From Candidatus Falkowbacteria bacterium (GTDB lineage Bacteria > Patescibacteriota > Patescibacteriia > Patescibacteriales > UBA12075), in contig DOSJ01000006.1 of NCBI GenBank assembly GCA_003514005.1, positions 2,281 to 66,280 of the forward strand: a DNA stretch of 64,000 bases. Reading direction: 5' to 3'. Positions within the stretch are counted from its first letter, which is position 1. Every line of letters starts with the position of its first letter. Shown here piece after piece: positions 27,763-37,265 of this stretch. Under the pieces are notes generated by a model. The model did no database searches. It saw only the letters and a list, made by a program, of their open reading frames with translations, and was not told the DNA's origin. Made by a program: the position numbers and the translations under genes.

Positions 27763-27854
27763 TTGTCATTCCCGCGAAGGCGGGAATCCAGGGTTTATTG
27801 CTCGAAACTGGATTCCCGCCGGAGTTTATGCCCGGAGGGGTACGGGAATGACAA
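27763..27854. mobile_element. Hairpin-module MITE-like element, copy D (short module abutting inverted module 2, no core)
   Basis: TTGTCATTCCCGCGAAGGCGGGAATCCAGGG followed by CTGGATTCCCGCCGGAGTTTATGCCCGGAGGGGTACGGGAATGACAA; the second half is the exact reverse complement of the left module of copy E. Confidence 0.8.
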
Positions 27855-27920
27855 GCGAAGAAATTAAGTCTAAAATAATTTTTTTTAAATCCAAATCTTG
27901 AAATTAGAAATTTTATATTT

Positions 27921-28724
27921 ATGGACATCAGTATCGTAATCGTAAATTACAAAAGCAAAGGCGACACTTTGAATTGCATAAAATCAATCAAAGAGGCTTG
28001 TTTTGATATTGCGGATAAAAAGTTAAAACATGAAATCATTGTCGTTGATAATAATTCCGGCGATGCGATTGGTGAAATCCTTAATTGGCAATATCCGGAA
28101 ATCGTATTTATTCAAAATAAAAAAAATACCGGAATGGGCGCGGGCAACAATGTCGGCCTAAAAAAAGCGCAGGGGAAGTACTCGGTAGTTATGAACCCGG
28201 ATATTATCGTATTCAAAGACGTGTTTACAAAGCTGTACGGCTACATGGAAACAAACGAAAATATCGGAATAATCGCGCCTCAGCAATTGTCGCCGGACCG
28301 CAGTATCCAAGATTCTTGCTATCGCTGGCATGGCCTACTAACGCCGATTTATCGCCGTACTCCTTTGGGCAAAACCGGCTTTGCCAAAAAAGATATTGAT
28401 CATTTTTTGATGAAAGATTTTGACCACAAAACCATCAGAAATGTCGATTGGCTTTTAGGGTCATTTCTGTTTTGTCGCAGTGAAGCATTAAAACAAGTCG
28501 GCTATTTTGACGAGAGATATTTTATGTATTTTGAAGATACGGATTTATGCCGCAGATTTTGGAATAAAAATTGGAAAATAGTCTATTATCCGTTAGTCAA
28601 AGTTATCCATAATCATGCGCGTGAAAGCGCCCAGGTAGCGTGGTACAAGTTTTTTACCAGCACGACCACAAAACATCATATTCGGTCTTGGGTGAAGTAT
28701 TTGTTAAAATGGGAGATTAAATAA
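27921..28724 (+). CDS. Glycosyltransferase family 2
   Basis: 267 aa; ISIVIVNYKS, VVDNNSGD, GMGAGNNVG, MNPDI, FEDTDLC. Confidence 0.85.
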   Translation: MDISIVIVNYKSKGDTLNCIKSIKEACFDIADKKLKHEIIVVDNNSGDAIGEILNWQYPEIVFIQNKKNTGMGAGNNVGLKKAQGKYSVVMNPDIIVFKDVFTKLYGYMETNENIGIIAPQQLSPDRSIQDSCYRWHGLLTPIYRRTPLGKTGFAKKDIDHFLMKDFDHKTIRNVDWLLGSFLFCRSEALKQVGYFDERYFMYFEDTDLCRRFWNKNWKIVYYPLVKVIHNHARESAQVAWYKFFTSTTTKHHIRSWVKYLLKWEIK

Positions 28725-28729
28725 TTTAG

Positions 28730-28790
28730 GATATAAGATTTTAGATATATGATTTAATTTATTATTAAAATATATCTAAAATCATATATC
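28730..28790. repeat. 21-bp-arm AT-rich inverted repeat (hairpin) between the last GT2 gene and galU
   Basis: GATATAAGATTTTAGATATAT (28730-28750) versus ATATATCTAAAATCATATATC (28770-28790), one mismatch, 19-nt loop; no T-run follows. Confidence 0.45.
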
Positions 28791-28810
28791 ATAAATCATA
28801 AATTACTACC

Positions 28811-29671
28811 ATGCAAAAAATAAAAAAAGCCATTGTCGCAGTCGCCGGTTCGGGTACGCGCCTGTTGCCTGTAACCAAGGCCATGCCAAAAGAGATGTTA
28901 CCGATAGTCGACAAGCCGATTATCCAGCTTGTTGTTGAGGAATTGGTTGCGGCCGGAATCGAGGATATCATTCTCGTAACCAAGTGGGACAAGAAGCCGC
29001 TTGAAGACCATTTTGACCACAGTATTGCCCTGGAAATCGATCTTGAAAAAGCCGGTAAGCTGAAAATTTTGGAAGAAATAAAAAAAATCGCCGGTTTGGC
29101 AAATTTTATTTATGTGCGCCAAGCGCCGCAATACGGCAACGGTGTACCGATTTTATCTGCGTCCACTTTAGTTAAAGACGAGTTTTTTGTTTTTTGCTTT
29201 GGCGATGATTTGGTAAAATCAAAGGTATCGTTTACAAAACAAATGGTCGATGAATATGAAAAAGTCGGTAAGCCCATGATCGGCGTACAGGAAATGCCAA
29301 AGGATGTTTTGGATCGTTATGGCATAGTCGATCTTTTCCCAAATTCAATGCGTCTCAAGGGTATTGTTGAAAAGCCTGAATACGGAACCGCGCCCTCAAA
29401 TCTTGCCTCGTTTGGTAGAATGATTTTGAATCAGGAAATCGTTGATGAATTAAAAAACACCCCCCTGGGAAAGGGAGGTGAATTGTGGATTGTGGATGCT
29501 ATTGAAAAATATATTAAAAAGGGTGGTGATTTTTATGCCAAGAAAGTCGAAGATGGGGAATGGCTGACTACCGGAGACCCTTTGAATTATCTACGCGCGA
29601 CTTTGAAATACGCTTTTGATCGCCCGGAGCTTAGGGATGAGATAGCGGATTTTTACAAGAATAATTATTAA
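28811..29671 (+). CDS. galU: UTP--glucose-1-phosphate uridylyltransferase
   Basis: 286 aa; KAIVAVAGSGTRLLPVTKAMPKEMLPIVDKPIIQLVVEE, typical GalU N-terminus. Confidence 0.9.
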   Translation: MQKIKKAIVAVAGSGTRLLPVTKAMPKEMLPIVDKPIIQLVVEELVAAGIEDIILVTKWDKKPLEDHFDHSIALEIDLEKAGKLKILEEIKKIAGLANFIYVRQAPQYGNGVPILSASTLVKDEFFVFCFGDDLVKSKVSFTKQMVDEYEKVGKPMIGVQEMPKDVLDRYGIVDLFPNSMRLKGIVEKPEYGTAPSNLASFGRMILNQEIVDELKNTPLGKGGELWIVDAIEKYIKKGGDFYAKKVEDGEWLTTGDPLNYLRATLKYAFDRPELRDEIADFYKNNY

Positions 29672-31461
29672 ATCTTTGCCCTTCCGGCTCGCACTCTCTC
29701 GTTTTCAGTCAAATATTGTTTTCTTAAACGGACGCTTTTTGGTGTAATCTCAAGATATTCATCGTCTTTCATAATACTCATGCCTCTTTCCAGTGTCAAC
29801 TCAACCGGAGGAGTCAAGCGTATCGCTTCATCCGCGCCGGAAGCGCGCATATTTGTCAGATGCTTGCCCTTGGTCGGATTAACCGCAAGGTCATTGCCCT
29901 TGGCAACATTGCCGACAACCATACCTTCGTAAATATCAACGTTTGCTCCAATATAAAGATCGCCGCGATCCTGAAGATTGTACAAAGAGAATCCCAAGGC
30001 CTTGCCGGATGCCATTGATATCATGGAACCGACAGTATGTTTTTCAATTTCGCCAACATAGGGTTTAAAACCGATAACACGAGAATATAGAATGCCTTCA
30101 CCTTTTGTGTCTACCACAAAATCATTGCGATAACCAAGTAAACCGCGGGTCGGAATTTCAAAAATAATTCTAGTATGTCCATGTTCCGGTTTCATTTCAA
30201 GCATTGCTCCGCGTCGTTTGGATAATTTTTCGATAACGGTTCCGGTCATATTTTCCGGAACATTGATTGTAAGCTCTTCAAACGGTTCTAGTTTTTCACC
30301 GTTTTCTTCCTTGATAATAACATGTGGCTGAGATATTTGAATCTCGTAGCCTTCACGCCGCATATTTTCCAAAAGAATAGCGATATGCATTTCGCCACGA
30401 CCGCTTACCTTGTAGTGGTCAATCGCAGAAAAATCAATCTTTAGACCAACGTTTATTTCAAGCTCTTTTAATAATCTTTCTTTGATTTTGCTATTGGTAA
30501 CCAGTTTGCCTTCGCGTCCGGCAAATGGAGAAGTGTTGACCAAAAAATTCAATGTAATGGTTGGCTCATCAATCTCGATTGCCGGCAAAGCGGGTTGATT
30601 TTCGTTGTCACAGATAGTTTCGCCAATAAAAATATTCGGCAAACCGGATGTCATTATAATATCGCCGGCATAGGCTTCGCTTACTTCTTTTCGGGTCAAG
30701 CCTTCAAAAGTAAAAAGCTTTGATATTTTTCCTTCACGCGTATTGTTTTTGATATCTTTGATAAGTACTCTGCTTCCCGATTTTATCGTACCTTCGTATA
30801 TTCTGGAAATAGCCAAGCGTCCCAGAAAATTATCATAACCAAGATTAAAAGGCTGTGCACTCAAAGGACGTGTGTTACTATCCGCGCTTGATGCTATTGG
30901 CGTTTGTTTTAAAATAACATCCAAAAGGGGACTAAGACTGTCGGAATTATCGTCCATATTTAATTTGGCAATTCCTTGTTTAGCGATTGCGTAGATGGTT
31001 GTAAAATCGAGCTGTTCATCGTTGGCACCCAAATCCAAAAAAAGTTCATATACCATTTCTTTTACTTCTTCTGCTCTTGCCGCCGGTTTGTCGATTTTAT
31101 TAATAACCACAATCGGTTTCAAGCCAAGCTCAAGTGATTTTTTCAAAACAAACTTTGTCTGCGGCATCGGACCTTCTTGCGCGTCAACAACCAAAAGAAC
31201 CGAATCAATTGAACGGAGAACGCGCTCTACTTCGGAGCCGAAATCCGCATGACCGGGAGTATCAACGATATTGATCTTTGTATCTTTATAGTAAACCGAT
31301 GTATTTTTTGAATAAATCGTAATGCCACGCTCAAGCTCGAGCGCGTTTGAATCCATGCTAACGCCTTCTTCAGACATCCCGGTCTGGCGCATCAAAGCAT
31401 CGGTAAGAGTTGTCTTGCCGTGGTCAACGTGTGCGATAATTGCTATATTTCGAATATCCAT
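29668..31461 (-). CDS. typA: Translational GTPase TypA/BipA
   Basis: 597 aa; IRNIAIIAHVDHGKTTL, DTPGHADF, NKID; domain order matches BipA. Confidence 0.95.
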   Translation of the reverse strand: MDIRNIAIIAHVDHGKTTLTDALMRQTGMSEEGVSMDSNALELERGITIYSKNTSVYYKDTKINIVDTPGHADFGSEVERVLRSIDSVLLVVDAQEGPMPQTKFVLKKSLELGLKPIVVINKIDKPAARAEEVKEMVYELFLDLGANDEQLDFTTIYAIAKQGIAKLNMDDNSDSLSPLLDVILKQTPIASSADSNTRPLSAQPFNLGYDNFLGRLAISRIYEGTIKSGSRVLIKDIKNNTREGKISKLFTFEGLTRKEVSEAYAGDIIMTSGLPNIFIGETICDNENQPALPAIEIDEPTITLNFLVNTSPFAGREGKLVTNSKIKERLLKELEINVGLKIDFSAIDHYKVSGRGEMHIAILLENMRREGYEIQISQPHVIIKEENGEKLEPFEELTINVPENMTGTVIEKLSKRRGAMLEMKPEHGHTRIIFEIPTRGLLGYRNDFVVDTKGEGILYSRVIGFKPYVGEIEKHTVGSMISMASGKALGFSLYNLQDRGDLYIGANVDIYEGMVVGNVAKGNDLAVNPTKGKHLTNMRASGADEAIRLTPPVELTLERGMSIMKDDEYLEITPKSVRLRKQYLTENERVRAGRAKI

Positions 31462-31612
31462 GCAAATAAAAGTCGCCTTAACTAGAGGGCGACATGATTA
31501 GATTATTTATATATTAAAATATCATAATACATTTTTATATAAAAGTCAATACTTATTAATTTTTTAAAAATTAGCTAAAATAAGCTATTATTTTAATAAT
31601 AGCAAATTGGTA

Positions 31613-31641
31613 TTGACTTTTGTTAATAGATATGATAAAAA
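31613..31641 (+). promoter_or_regulatory. Weak promoter candidate for the PEP-CTERM gene
   Basis: TTGACT (31613-31618), 17-nt spacer, TGATAAAAA; strong SD AAGGAG 8 nt before the ATG at 31701. Confidence 0.35.
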
Positions 31642-31700
31642 GAGTTAGGTTTGACCTATGGTGGGTCATTTTTTTGTACATTTAAAAAGGAGTTTAAGAA

Positions 31701-32393
31701 ATGAATAAGATTTTTGCAAGTATTTTTCTGTTTTTAACATTGGTCATTTCGCCAGCATTCGCAGAAACAATCACTATTAACGATGCTGTCGGCGATGCTA
31801 TCGGTATTCAATTTGAAACCTATAAAATAGATATCAAAAATTTTACTCCGGGCATTAATTCCGGGGCTATCGCATTCGACATATACACCGATTATCCTCA
31901 AAACGGCATTACTGTTGGTACCTGGGCAACTAAACCTGCTGACTTGTTTATTACTGAAACATACCATGGCGTGGACTATGAGTGGGCGATACCGCTTGTA
32001 AACCGCACTGGCTTTACTGCCGGAACAATGTATGCTGTAGGTAGCTATTTTAATTCCGATCATTTCAGTCCCGGCCCTGGTTACATCTACAATCCCGGTG
32101 AAAAAGTTCAAATTGCCACAATCAGCAGTAATTATGGAATTCCATCACTTGGTGGCGGCTCTGTTACATGGGAATCAATACCCCAGGGCATATCTGATTA
32201 CATTATCCATATTACAACAGGTATCTGGCAAGATGACCCATATGGCGTCTTTGATGTTAAATGGGTAACTGCTTACTGTGCCAATGACATTATTTCCGGA
32301 AGTACATCTCCTGTTCCTGAACCAGCAACCATGATGCTGTTCGGTCTTGGACTTCTTGGAGCCGCCAGAATCAGTCGGAAAAAAACTGCCTGA
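31701..32393 (+). CDS. Secreted PEP-CTERM sorting-domain protein
   Basis: 230 aa; signal peptide MNKIFASIFLFLTLVISPAFA; C-terminus VPEPATMMLFGLGLLGAARISRKK gives PEP motif, TM and basic tail. Confidence 0.85.
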   Translation: MNKIFASIFLFLTLVISPAFAETITINDAVGDAIGIQFETYKIDIKNFTPGINSGAIAFDIYTDYPQNGITVGTWATKPADLFITETYHGVDYEWAIPLVNRTGFTAGTMYAVGSYFNSDHFSPGPGYIYNPGEKVQIATISSNYGIPSLGGGSVTWESIPQGISDYIIHITTGIWQDDPYGVFDVKWVTAYCANDIISGSTSPVPEPATMMLFGLGLLGAARISRKKTA

Positions 32394-32417
32394 TTTTTAT
32401 TGAAAAATCTTTAACCC

Positions 32418-32456
32418 CCCTCATCACTAATCAACCGGTTGATGAGGGTTTTTTTA
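32418..32456 (+). terminator. Rho-independent terminator
   Basis: CCCTCATC (32418-32425) pairs with GATGAGGG (32441-32448), followed by TTTTTTTATTT. Confidence 0.75.
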
Positions 32457-32554
32457 TTTGCAAGAAAAGTGATATAATTAGCGTATATAAAATATAAGAG
32501 CTTAAAAAAAATTTAATATATTTTTAATTTTAATTATTTATTTCTAACAATAGT

Positions 32555-33139
32555 ATGAAAAAGTTTATTTTATTATCAATTTTTTTAATCAGCACAATAA
32601 TTTTAGGCGGATGTTCGCAAAAAACTACCGAAAATAACAAGGATTTGCCAAATGAACAGGGATTTAGACGACCGGATTTTGGCCAACCGGAACGTAATGC
32701 GGATATTACCGGAATAGTAAAATCGATTAGTGGTAATGAAGTTACAATAATTAAAATTGAAAGACAGGAAAGACCGGAAAATACAGAAAAAACAAAAGAT
32801 ACAGAAACCGATACAACAAAAACCGCTCCGGTTCTTGGAACTGGTACGAATGGCGGAAGATTTCCCGGAGCTGGTGGCGGTATGGGTAGAGGAATGAATA
32901 TGGACACAGATCAGCAGGCGGCAATGCTCGAAAGAATAAAAGCGATGAGTACAGGAGATGTAACCGTAACAATACCTGTCGGAATTAAAATGCTTAAACC
33001 TGATACGGAAATTACAGATAAGATGGATATGGTAGAGGCGAATTTAAGTGATATTACCAAAGACAAAATGATAAATGTTTGGCTTGATGAAAGCGAAAGC
33101 GAAAATAAAAACGCGTCTTTTGTTTTGATTACTAAGTAA
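32555..33139 (+). CDS. Lipoprotein, function unknown (first gene of the efflux operon)
   Basis: 194 aa; lipobox ILGGCS; Gly/Met-rich low-complexity centre. Confidence 0.65.
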   Translation: MKKFILLSIFLISTIILGGCSQKTTENNKDLPNEQGFRRPDFGQPERNADITGIVKSISGNEVTIIKIERQERPENTEKTKDTETDTTKTAPVLGTGTNGGRFPGAGGGMGRGMNMDTDQQAAMLERIKAMSTGDVTVTIPVGIKMLKPDTEITDKMDMVEANLSDITKDKMINVWLDESESENKNASFVLITK

Positions 33140-33162
33140 TAAAAAAATAATAAATAAAAAAT

Positions 33163-35040
33163 ATGAGTGAATCAATTATTGAAGCAAGTAGAAAAGCGAG
33201 AAAAAATGGTATATTTGGATTTTTTAAGAGAAAAAGCGTGATTATTCCGCTTATTTTGATTGTTATTGCGCTAGGCGTATGGTTTTTTTATAATAAAAAC
33301 CAAAGTACTAAAGAAACAAAAAGCGTTGTCAAAATAAGCGAGGCTACGGTCAAAAAATCTGATTTGCAAATTGCTATCGAGGCGGATGGCAAAGTCGTTT
33401 CCGAAGATGGTGTAGAATTATCATTTTCCGTAAGCGGTGACACATTGGAGGTCAACCAAGTTTTTGTAAAAGAAGGGGACAAGATTAAGAAAGGCGACAA
33501 AATCGCTTCGGTACGCACAGACGACCTTAATTATGACTTGAACAAAGCATATTCAAATTATCAATCCGTCCTCGCAAGCTACAATGAAAAGGTGGCTGGT
33601 GCGACAGATAAAGAAATCGCTAATGCTAAATCATCAATCGAACAGGCTGAAATATCTTTAAGCCAGGCAAAAATAAGCTTGGAAAAAACAAGAAACAGCG
33701 CTAATGAAAAAATTGAAGACGCGGAAGAAAATGTAAATGATACACGCGAAGATATGGAACTTAATAAAAATGAGGCAACCAGCAAAGATATAAAAAATGC
33801 GTATGCCGATATTTTAGATACAGTTAAGGCTATTAATCTCAGTTTTGAAACAATTTTACTTGCTTCTGACAAAATCATCGGCGTTGACGACACGGATATT
33901 AATGATAGTTTTGAAGTAAATCTTGGTGCAAAAGATAACGCCGCGTATTTGTCTGCAAAAGACACATATCTTCAAGCGAAATATTCCTATGATGAACTTA
34001 ACGATTCTGTCATTGGTCTTTCCAAAACAAGCACTTATAGCGAAATTGATGATGCGGTAAAAAAAGCGGAAAAAGCTCTGACGCAGTTTGAGGCGCATTT
34101 ATATCAGATGCAAAAAATGATCAATGCAACTATTAGTACTGCTTCGCTTAGTCAAACACAGATTGATACTTTTAAATCTACAATTTCTTCAAATCGATCA
34201 ACAATTAACGCGAAAATAACAGCTCTTAATAACAATCTTGATTCACTTGCCGATGCTCGTGAAAATTTAGACGACTATATTACCGCATATAATAATGCAG
34301 TAAAAGATCTTGCGACAGCGAAGGAAGAGGCAAAACAAGATATTGCAAATTCCGAAGCAAGTTTAGCCGCAAAAGAATTGTCATTACAAAATGCTAAAAA
34401 TGACTACACAGAACTGTTAAAACCGCTGAGCGATTCCGAACTGGCTTCTGCACGCTCAAGCCTGACAACCGCTTCCATAAATCTTGACAAAGCTAGAAAC
34501 GACCTTAATAAAGCCGTACTCACATCACCGATAGACGGTGAACTCGCGTTGTTGAATTACAAGGCTGGTGATATTATTCTAAGCAATGAAAGCAAACCCG
34601 TTGCCGTTATAATTAATAATGATACATTATTTGTGGAATTAAATATTGAAGAATCAGATATCAGTAAATTAAGCGTAGGCCAAAAGGCGGTTGCAACCTT
34701 TGACGCCTTGGATGAACAGGAATTTAACGGAGAATTAATATATATTTCGCAAACTGCAGAAACAAGCAATAACGGCATTGTTACATACTTGGTAAAGGCT
34801 GCTTTGAGTGATACCAAAGATTCAAAGATTCGCGAAGGTATGACCGCGAGCGTAAATTTCATAATCGATGGCGTTGCTGATGTTCTGCAAATTCCGGTTT
34901 CAGCCGTAAGAAATGTAAATAGCAAGCCTTCAGTCCAATTAAAATCAAATGAATGGGTAGAGGTAAGTACTGGTTTTACTGATGGTAAAAATGTAGAAAT
35001 AAAAAGCGGTCTAAATGTTGGCGATATTGTTTTGTATTAA
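33163..35040 (+). CDS. HlyD/MacA-type periplasmic adaptor (membrane fusion protein) with very long coiled coil
   Basis: 625 aa; N-terminal TM, biotinyl-lipoyl-like FVKEGDKIKKGDKIA, extended heptad-rich centre, C-terminal beta-barrel pattern (SPIDGEL..., VELNIEESDISKLSVGQKA). Confidence 0.8.
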   Translation: MSESIIEASRKARKNGIFGFFKRKSVIIPLILIVIALGVWFFYNKNQSTKETKSVVKISEATVKKSDLQIAIEADGKVVSEDGVELSFSVSGDTLEVNQVFVKEGDKIKKGDKIASVRTDDLNYDLNKAYSNYQSVLASYNEKVAGATDKEIANAKSSIEQAEISLSQAKISLEKTRNSANEKIEDAEENVNDTREDMELNKNEATSKDIKNAYADILDTVKAINLSFETILLASDKIIGVDDTDINDSFEVNLGAKDNAAYLSAKDTYLQAKYSYDELNDSVIGLSKTSTYSEIDDAVKKAEKALTQFEAHLYQMQKMINATISTASLSQTQIDTFKSTISSNRSTINAKITALNNNLDSLADARENLDDYITAYNNAVKDLATAKEEAKQDIANSEASLAAKELSLQNAKNDYTELLKPLSDSELASARSSLTTASINLDKARNDLNKAVLTSPIDGELALLNYKAGDIILSNESKPVAVIINNDTLFVELNIEESDISKLSVGQKAVATFDALDEQEFNGELIYISQTAETSNNGIVTYLVKAALSDTKDSKIREGMTASVNFIIDGVADVLQIPVSAVRNVNSKPSVQLKSNEWVEVSTGFTDGKNVEIKSGLNVGDIVLY

Positions 35041-35063
35041 TAAGTCGTCTTTATTCTAAATCT

Positions 35064-35771
35064 ATGGAGAGTTTCATGATTCAATTAAAAAATGCTCACA
35101 AATCTTATTTTTTAGCCAATGGCGACGAAATTCCGGTTTTAAACGGTATTGATTTGCGGATAAAAAAAGGCGAATTTGTCGCGTTAATGGGCGAGTCTGG
35201 CTGTGGCAAAACCACTCTTTTGAATATCATCGGCTGTTTGCACTCTTTGAGCGAAGGCGAATATTTTTTGGATAATGAAAATATTGGCAAAGTTCATGAT
35301 GATTTTACCCTAGCATTTATTCGCAACAAAAAGATGGGGTTTATTTTCCAGCAGTTTAATCTTTTCACGCGCTTGAGTGCCCTAAAAAACGTCGCGTTGC
35401 CCGCGCTTTACGCTGGTGTAGAAAAAAAAGCAAGAGAAAATCGAGCATCTGAATTGCTCGCCAGCATCGGACTAGGGGAGAGAGTAGAACATAGGCCAAC
35501 AGAGCTTTCCGGAGGACAACAGCAAAGAGTGGCGATTGCTCGAGCGCTTATGAATGATCCGGAAATAATTTTAGCCGATGAACCAACCGGAGCACTTGAT
35601 TCCAAATCAGGACAAGAAGTTATGGAAATATTTATGGGATTTAAAAATAGGGGAAAAACAGTTGTCATGGTAACCCACACCACGGAAGTTGCGAAATTTG
35701 CCGACAGAATAATTTATTTGCGTGACGGAAAAGTCGTTGACAATGACTACAAGTTGAAAAATAATTATTAA
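35064..35771 (+). CDS. ABC transporter ATP-binding protein (MacB/LolD type)
   Basis: Walker A GESGCGKTT, signature LSGGQQQRVAIARAL, Walker B ILADEPTGALD; start may be Met5 (35076). Confidence 0.93.
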   Translation: MESFMIQLKNAHKSYFLANGDEIPVLNGIDLRIKKGEFVALMGESGCGKTTLLNIIGCLHSLSEGEYFLDNENIGKVHDDFTLAFIRNKKMGFIFQQFNLFTRLSALKNVALPALYAGVEKKARENRASELLASIGLGERVEHRPTELSGGQQQRVAIARALMNDPEIILADEPTGALDSKSGQEVMEIFMGFKNRGKTVVMVTHTTEVAKFADRIIYLRDGKVVDNDYKLKNNY

Positions 35772-35798
35772 TTTAAGCATAATGACACATTTTATCTC

Positions 35799-35838
35799 AG
35801 CGTAAATCCGCGTTTATATCCGCGTCTATCCGCGCTTA
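35799..35838 (-). repeat. CGCGGA-unit phased repeat, copy 2 (inverted orientation)
   Basis: AGCGTAAATCCGCGTTTATATCCGCGTCTATCCGCGCTTA; contains the reverse complement of CGCGGATAGACGCGG and of CGCGGATTTACGC from copy 1. Confidence 0.55.
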
Positions 35839-35909
35839 GCTACCAATATAACAAAATATCAAAAAACGAAGAACGTTAACAACGAAAATTAACTCGTTAA
35901 TTAAACAAT

Positions 35910-37115
35910 ATGATATTCGAAATTTTTAAAATGGCATTTGAATCGCTTTTGGCTAAAAAAACCAGAAGTTTTTTGTCGATGTTGGGAATTATAATCGGAG
36001 TGTCTACTGTCATTGCCGTATTTGCAATCGGACAAGGAGCAAGAAATGCGGTTGATGAACAATTTGCCGGATTGAGCGCGAAATCAATTATGATAATGGG
36101 TAACATGGGACGTCCGGGTTCAACAGCTAGCTCAAAATTAAGCATCGACGATGTCAAAGTAATTCGGGATAATGCAGAACACATTGCGTTGGCCACTGGT
36201 ATCATCCAGGGCAATGCAACTGTAAGCTATGAATCCAGTGAAGCATCATATTCGGTTGTTGGAACTGATCTTGATTTTTTTCAAATTGCTAACCAAAAGA
36301 TTGTACAAGGACGAATGTTCAGTGAAGAAGAGATCAACTCAAAAGACCGCTTAGTAATTTTGGGTAGTGATGTAGTAGAAAATCTCTATACAGATAAAAA
36401 TCAAGTTATCGGCAGTACAATTACAGTTGGTGGGAAAAAACTTGAAGTGATTGGCTATTTTGAAGAAACCGGTGGCACACTGGGGCGTACCAGCAAAGAC
36501 GAAGCGGTATACGTTCCATACCAAACTGCCCAATCCAGTATTCTTGGTTCCCAAGGTGGAAATTTAATGGTTACTATGGAAGCAGATGATGTGAATAACA
36601 TCAGTATTGCCACGGAAGAAGTAACAAAAATTTTGCGCACCGAACATAAATTAAAAGACGGACAAGAGGATGATTTTCGTGTTATGGATGCTGGATCAAT
36701 GGTTGGCGCCGCTCAAGATTCCGCCTCACTTATGAGCACAGTTTTAACATTAGTTGCTGCCATTACACTTTTGGTTTCTGGGATTGGTATTATGAATGTT
36801 ATGTTTGTTACGGTCGCGGAACGAACCAAAGAAATAGGCATAGCCAAAGCTATTGGTGGTAAACAGGGCAATATCTTGACTCAATTTTTACTGGAATCAG
36901 TAATTTTGTCTACAGTTGGGGGACTTATCGGAGTTATTATCGGCCAATCAGCCATCCCAATTATTTCATATTTTAATTTAATGACCATGTCTTCATCACT
37001 TTCTGGCCCGCTTTTAGGTTTTACTTTTTCTGCAATTGTTGGCGTATTTTTTGGCTTTTACCCTGCGCTAAAAGCCAGTAAGCTTGATCCGGTCGATGCT
37101 TTGCGAAGTGAGTAG
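35910..37115 (+). CDS. ABC transporter permease (MacB/FtsX family)
   Basis: 401 aa; N-terminal TM, large periplasmic domain, then C-terminal FtsX-type 3-TM bundle (ERTKEIGIAKAIGG..., PALKASKLDPVDALR). Confidence 0.9.
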   Translation: MIFEIFKMAFESLLAKKTRSFLSMLGIIIGVSTVIAVFAIGQGARNAVDEQFAGLSAKSIMIMGNMGRPGSTASSKLSIDDVKVIRDNAEHIALATGIIQGNATVSYESSEASYSVVGTDLDFFQIANQKIVQGRMFSEEEINSKDRLVILGSDVVENLYTDKNQVIGSTITVGGKKLEVIGYFEETGGTLGRTSKDEAVYVPYQTAQSSILGSQGGNLMVTMEADDVNNISIATEEVTKILRTEHKLKDGQEDDFRVMDAGSMVGAAQDSASLMSTVLTLVAAITLLVSGIGIMNVMFVTVAERTKEIGIAKAIGGKQGNILTQFLLESVILSTVGGLIGVIIGQSAIPIISYFNLMTMSSSLSGPLLGFTFSAIVGVFFGFYPALKASKLDPVDALRSE

Positions 37116-37146
37116 TTATGGTTAGCGGGGAGGTGGGGAGTCAAAC

Positions 37147-37175
37147 TTGCTTTTTTGTAAATGTTGTGCTAATAT
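37147..37175 (+). promoter_or_regulatory. Sigma-70-type promoter (extended -10) for the orphan 325-aa gene
   Basis: TTGCTT (37147-37152), 17-nt spacer, TGCTAATAT (TAATAT 37170-37175); about 85-nt GC-richer leader ending in SD GAGGAGG. Confidence 0.55.
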
Positions 37176-37265
37176 AAAAAATTCTTTCCAATTCTGGAAA
37201 GGTCCCAAACCTCGGGTAGGGGGTGCACATTAAAAAGCGGGCTTTTAGCCTGCGAGGAGGAAGTA

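Noticed and set aside
31471-31495. Hairpin GTCGCC...GGCGAC just upstream of typA, considered as a terminator
   Set aside because: No gene ends there on either strand and there is no T-run. It is probably a leader structure of unknown significance.
37117-37146. GC-rich stretch GTTAGCGGGGAGGTGGGGAGTCAAAC, considered as a tRNA 3'-end fragment or att site matching tRNA-Thr
   Set aside because: It shares only about 8 of 12 positions with the inverted tRNA T-arm, and the flanks cannot form T-stem or acceptor pairing. It is not convincing as an att remnant.
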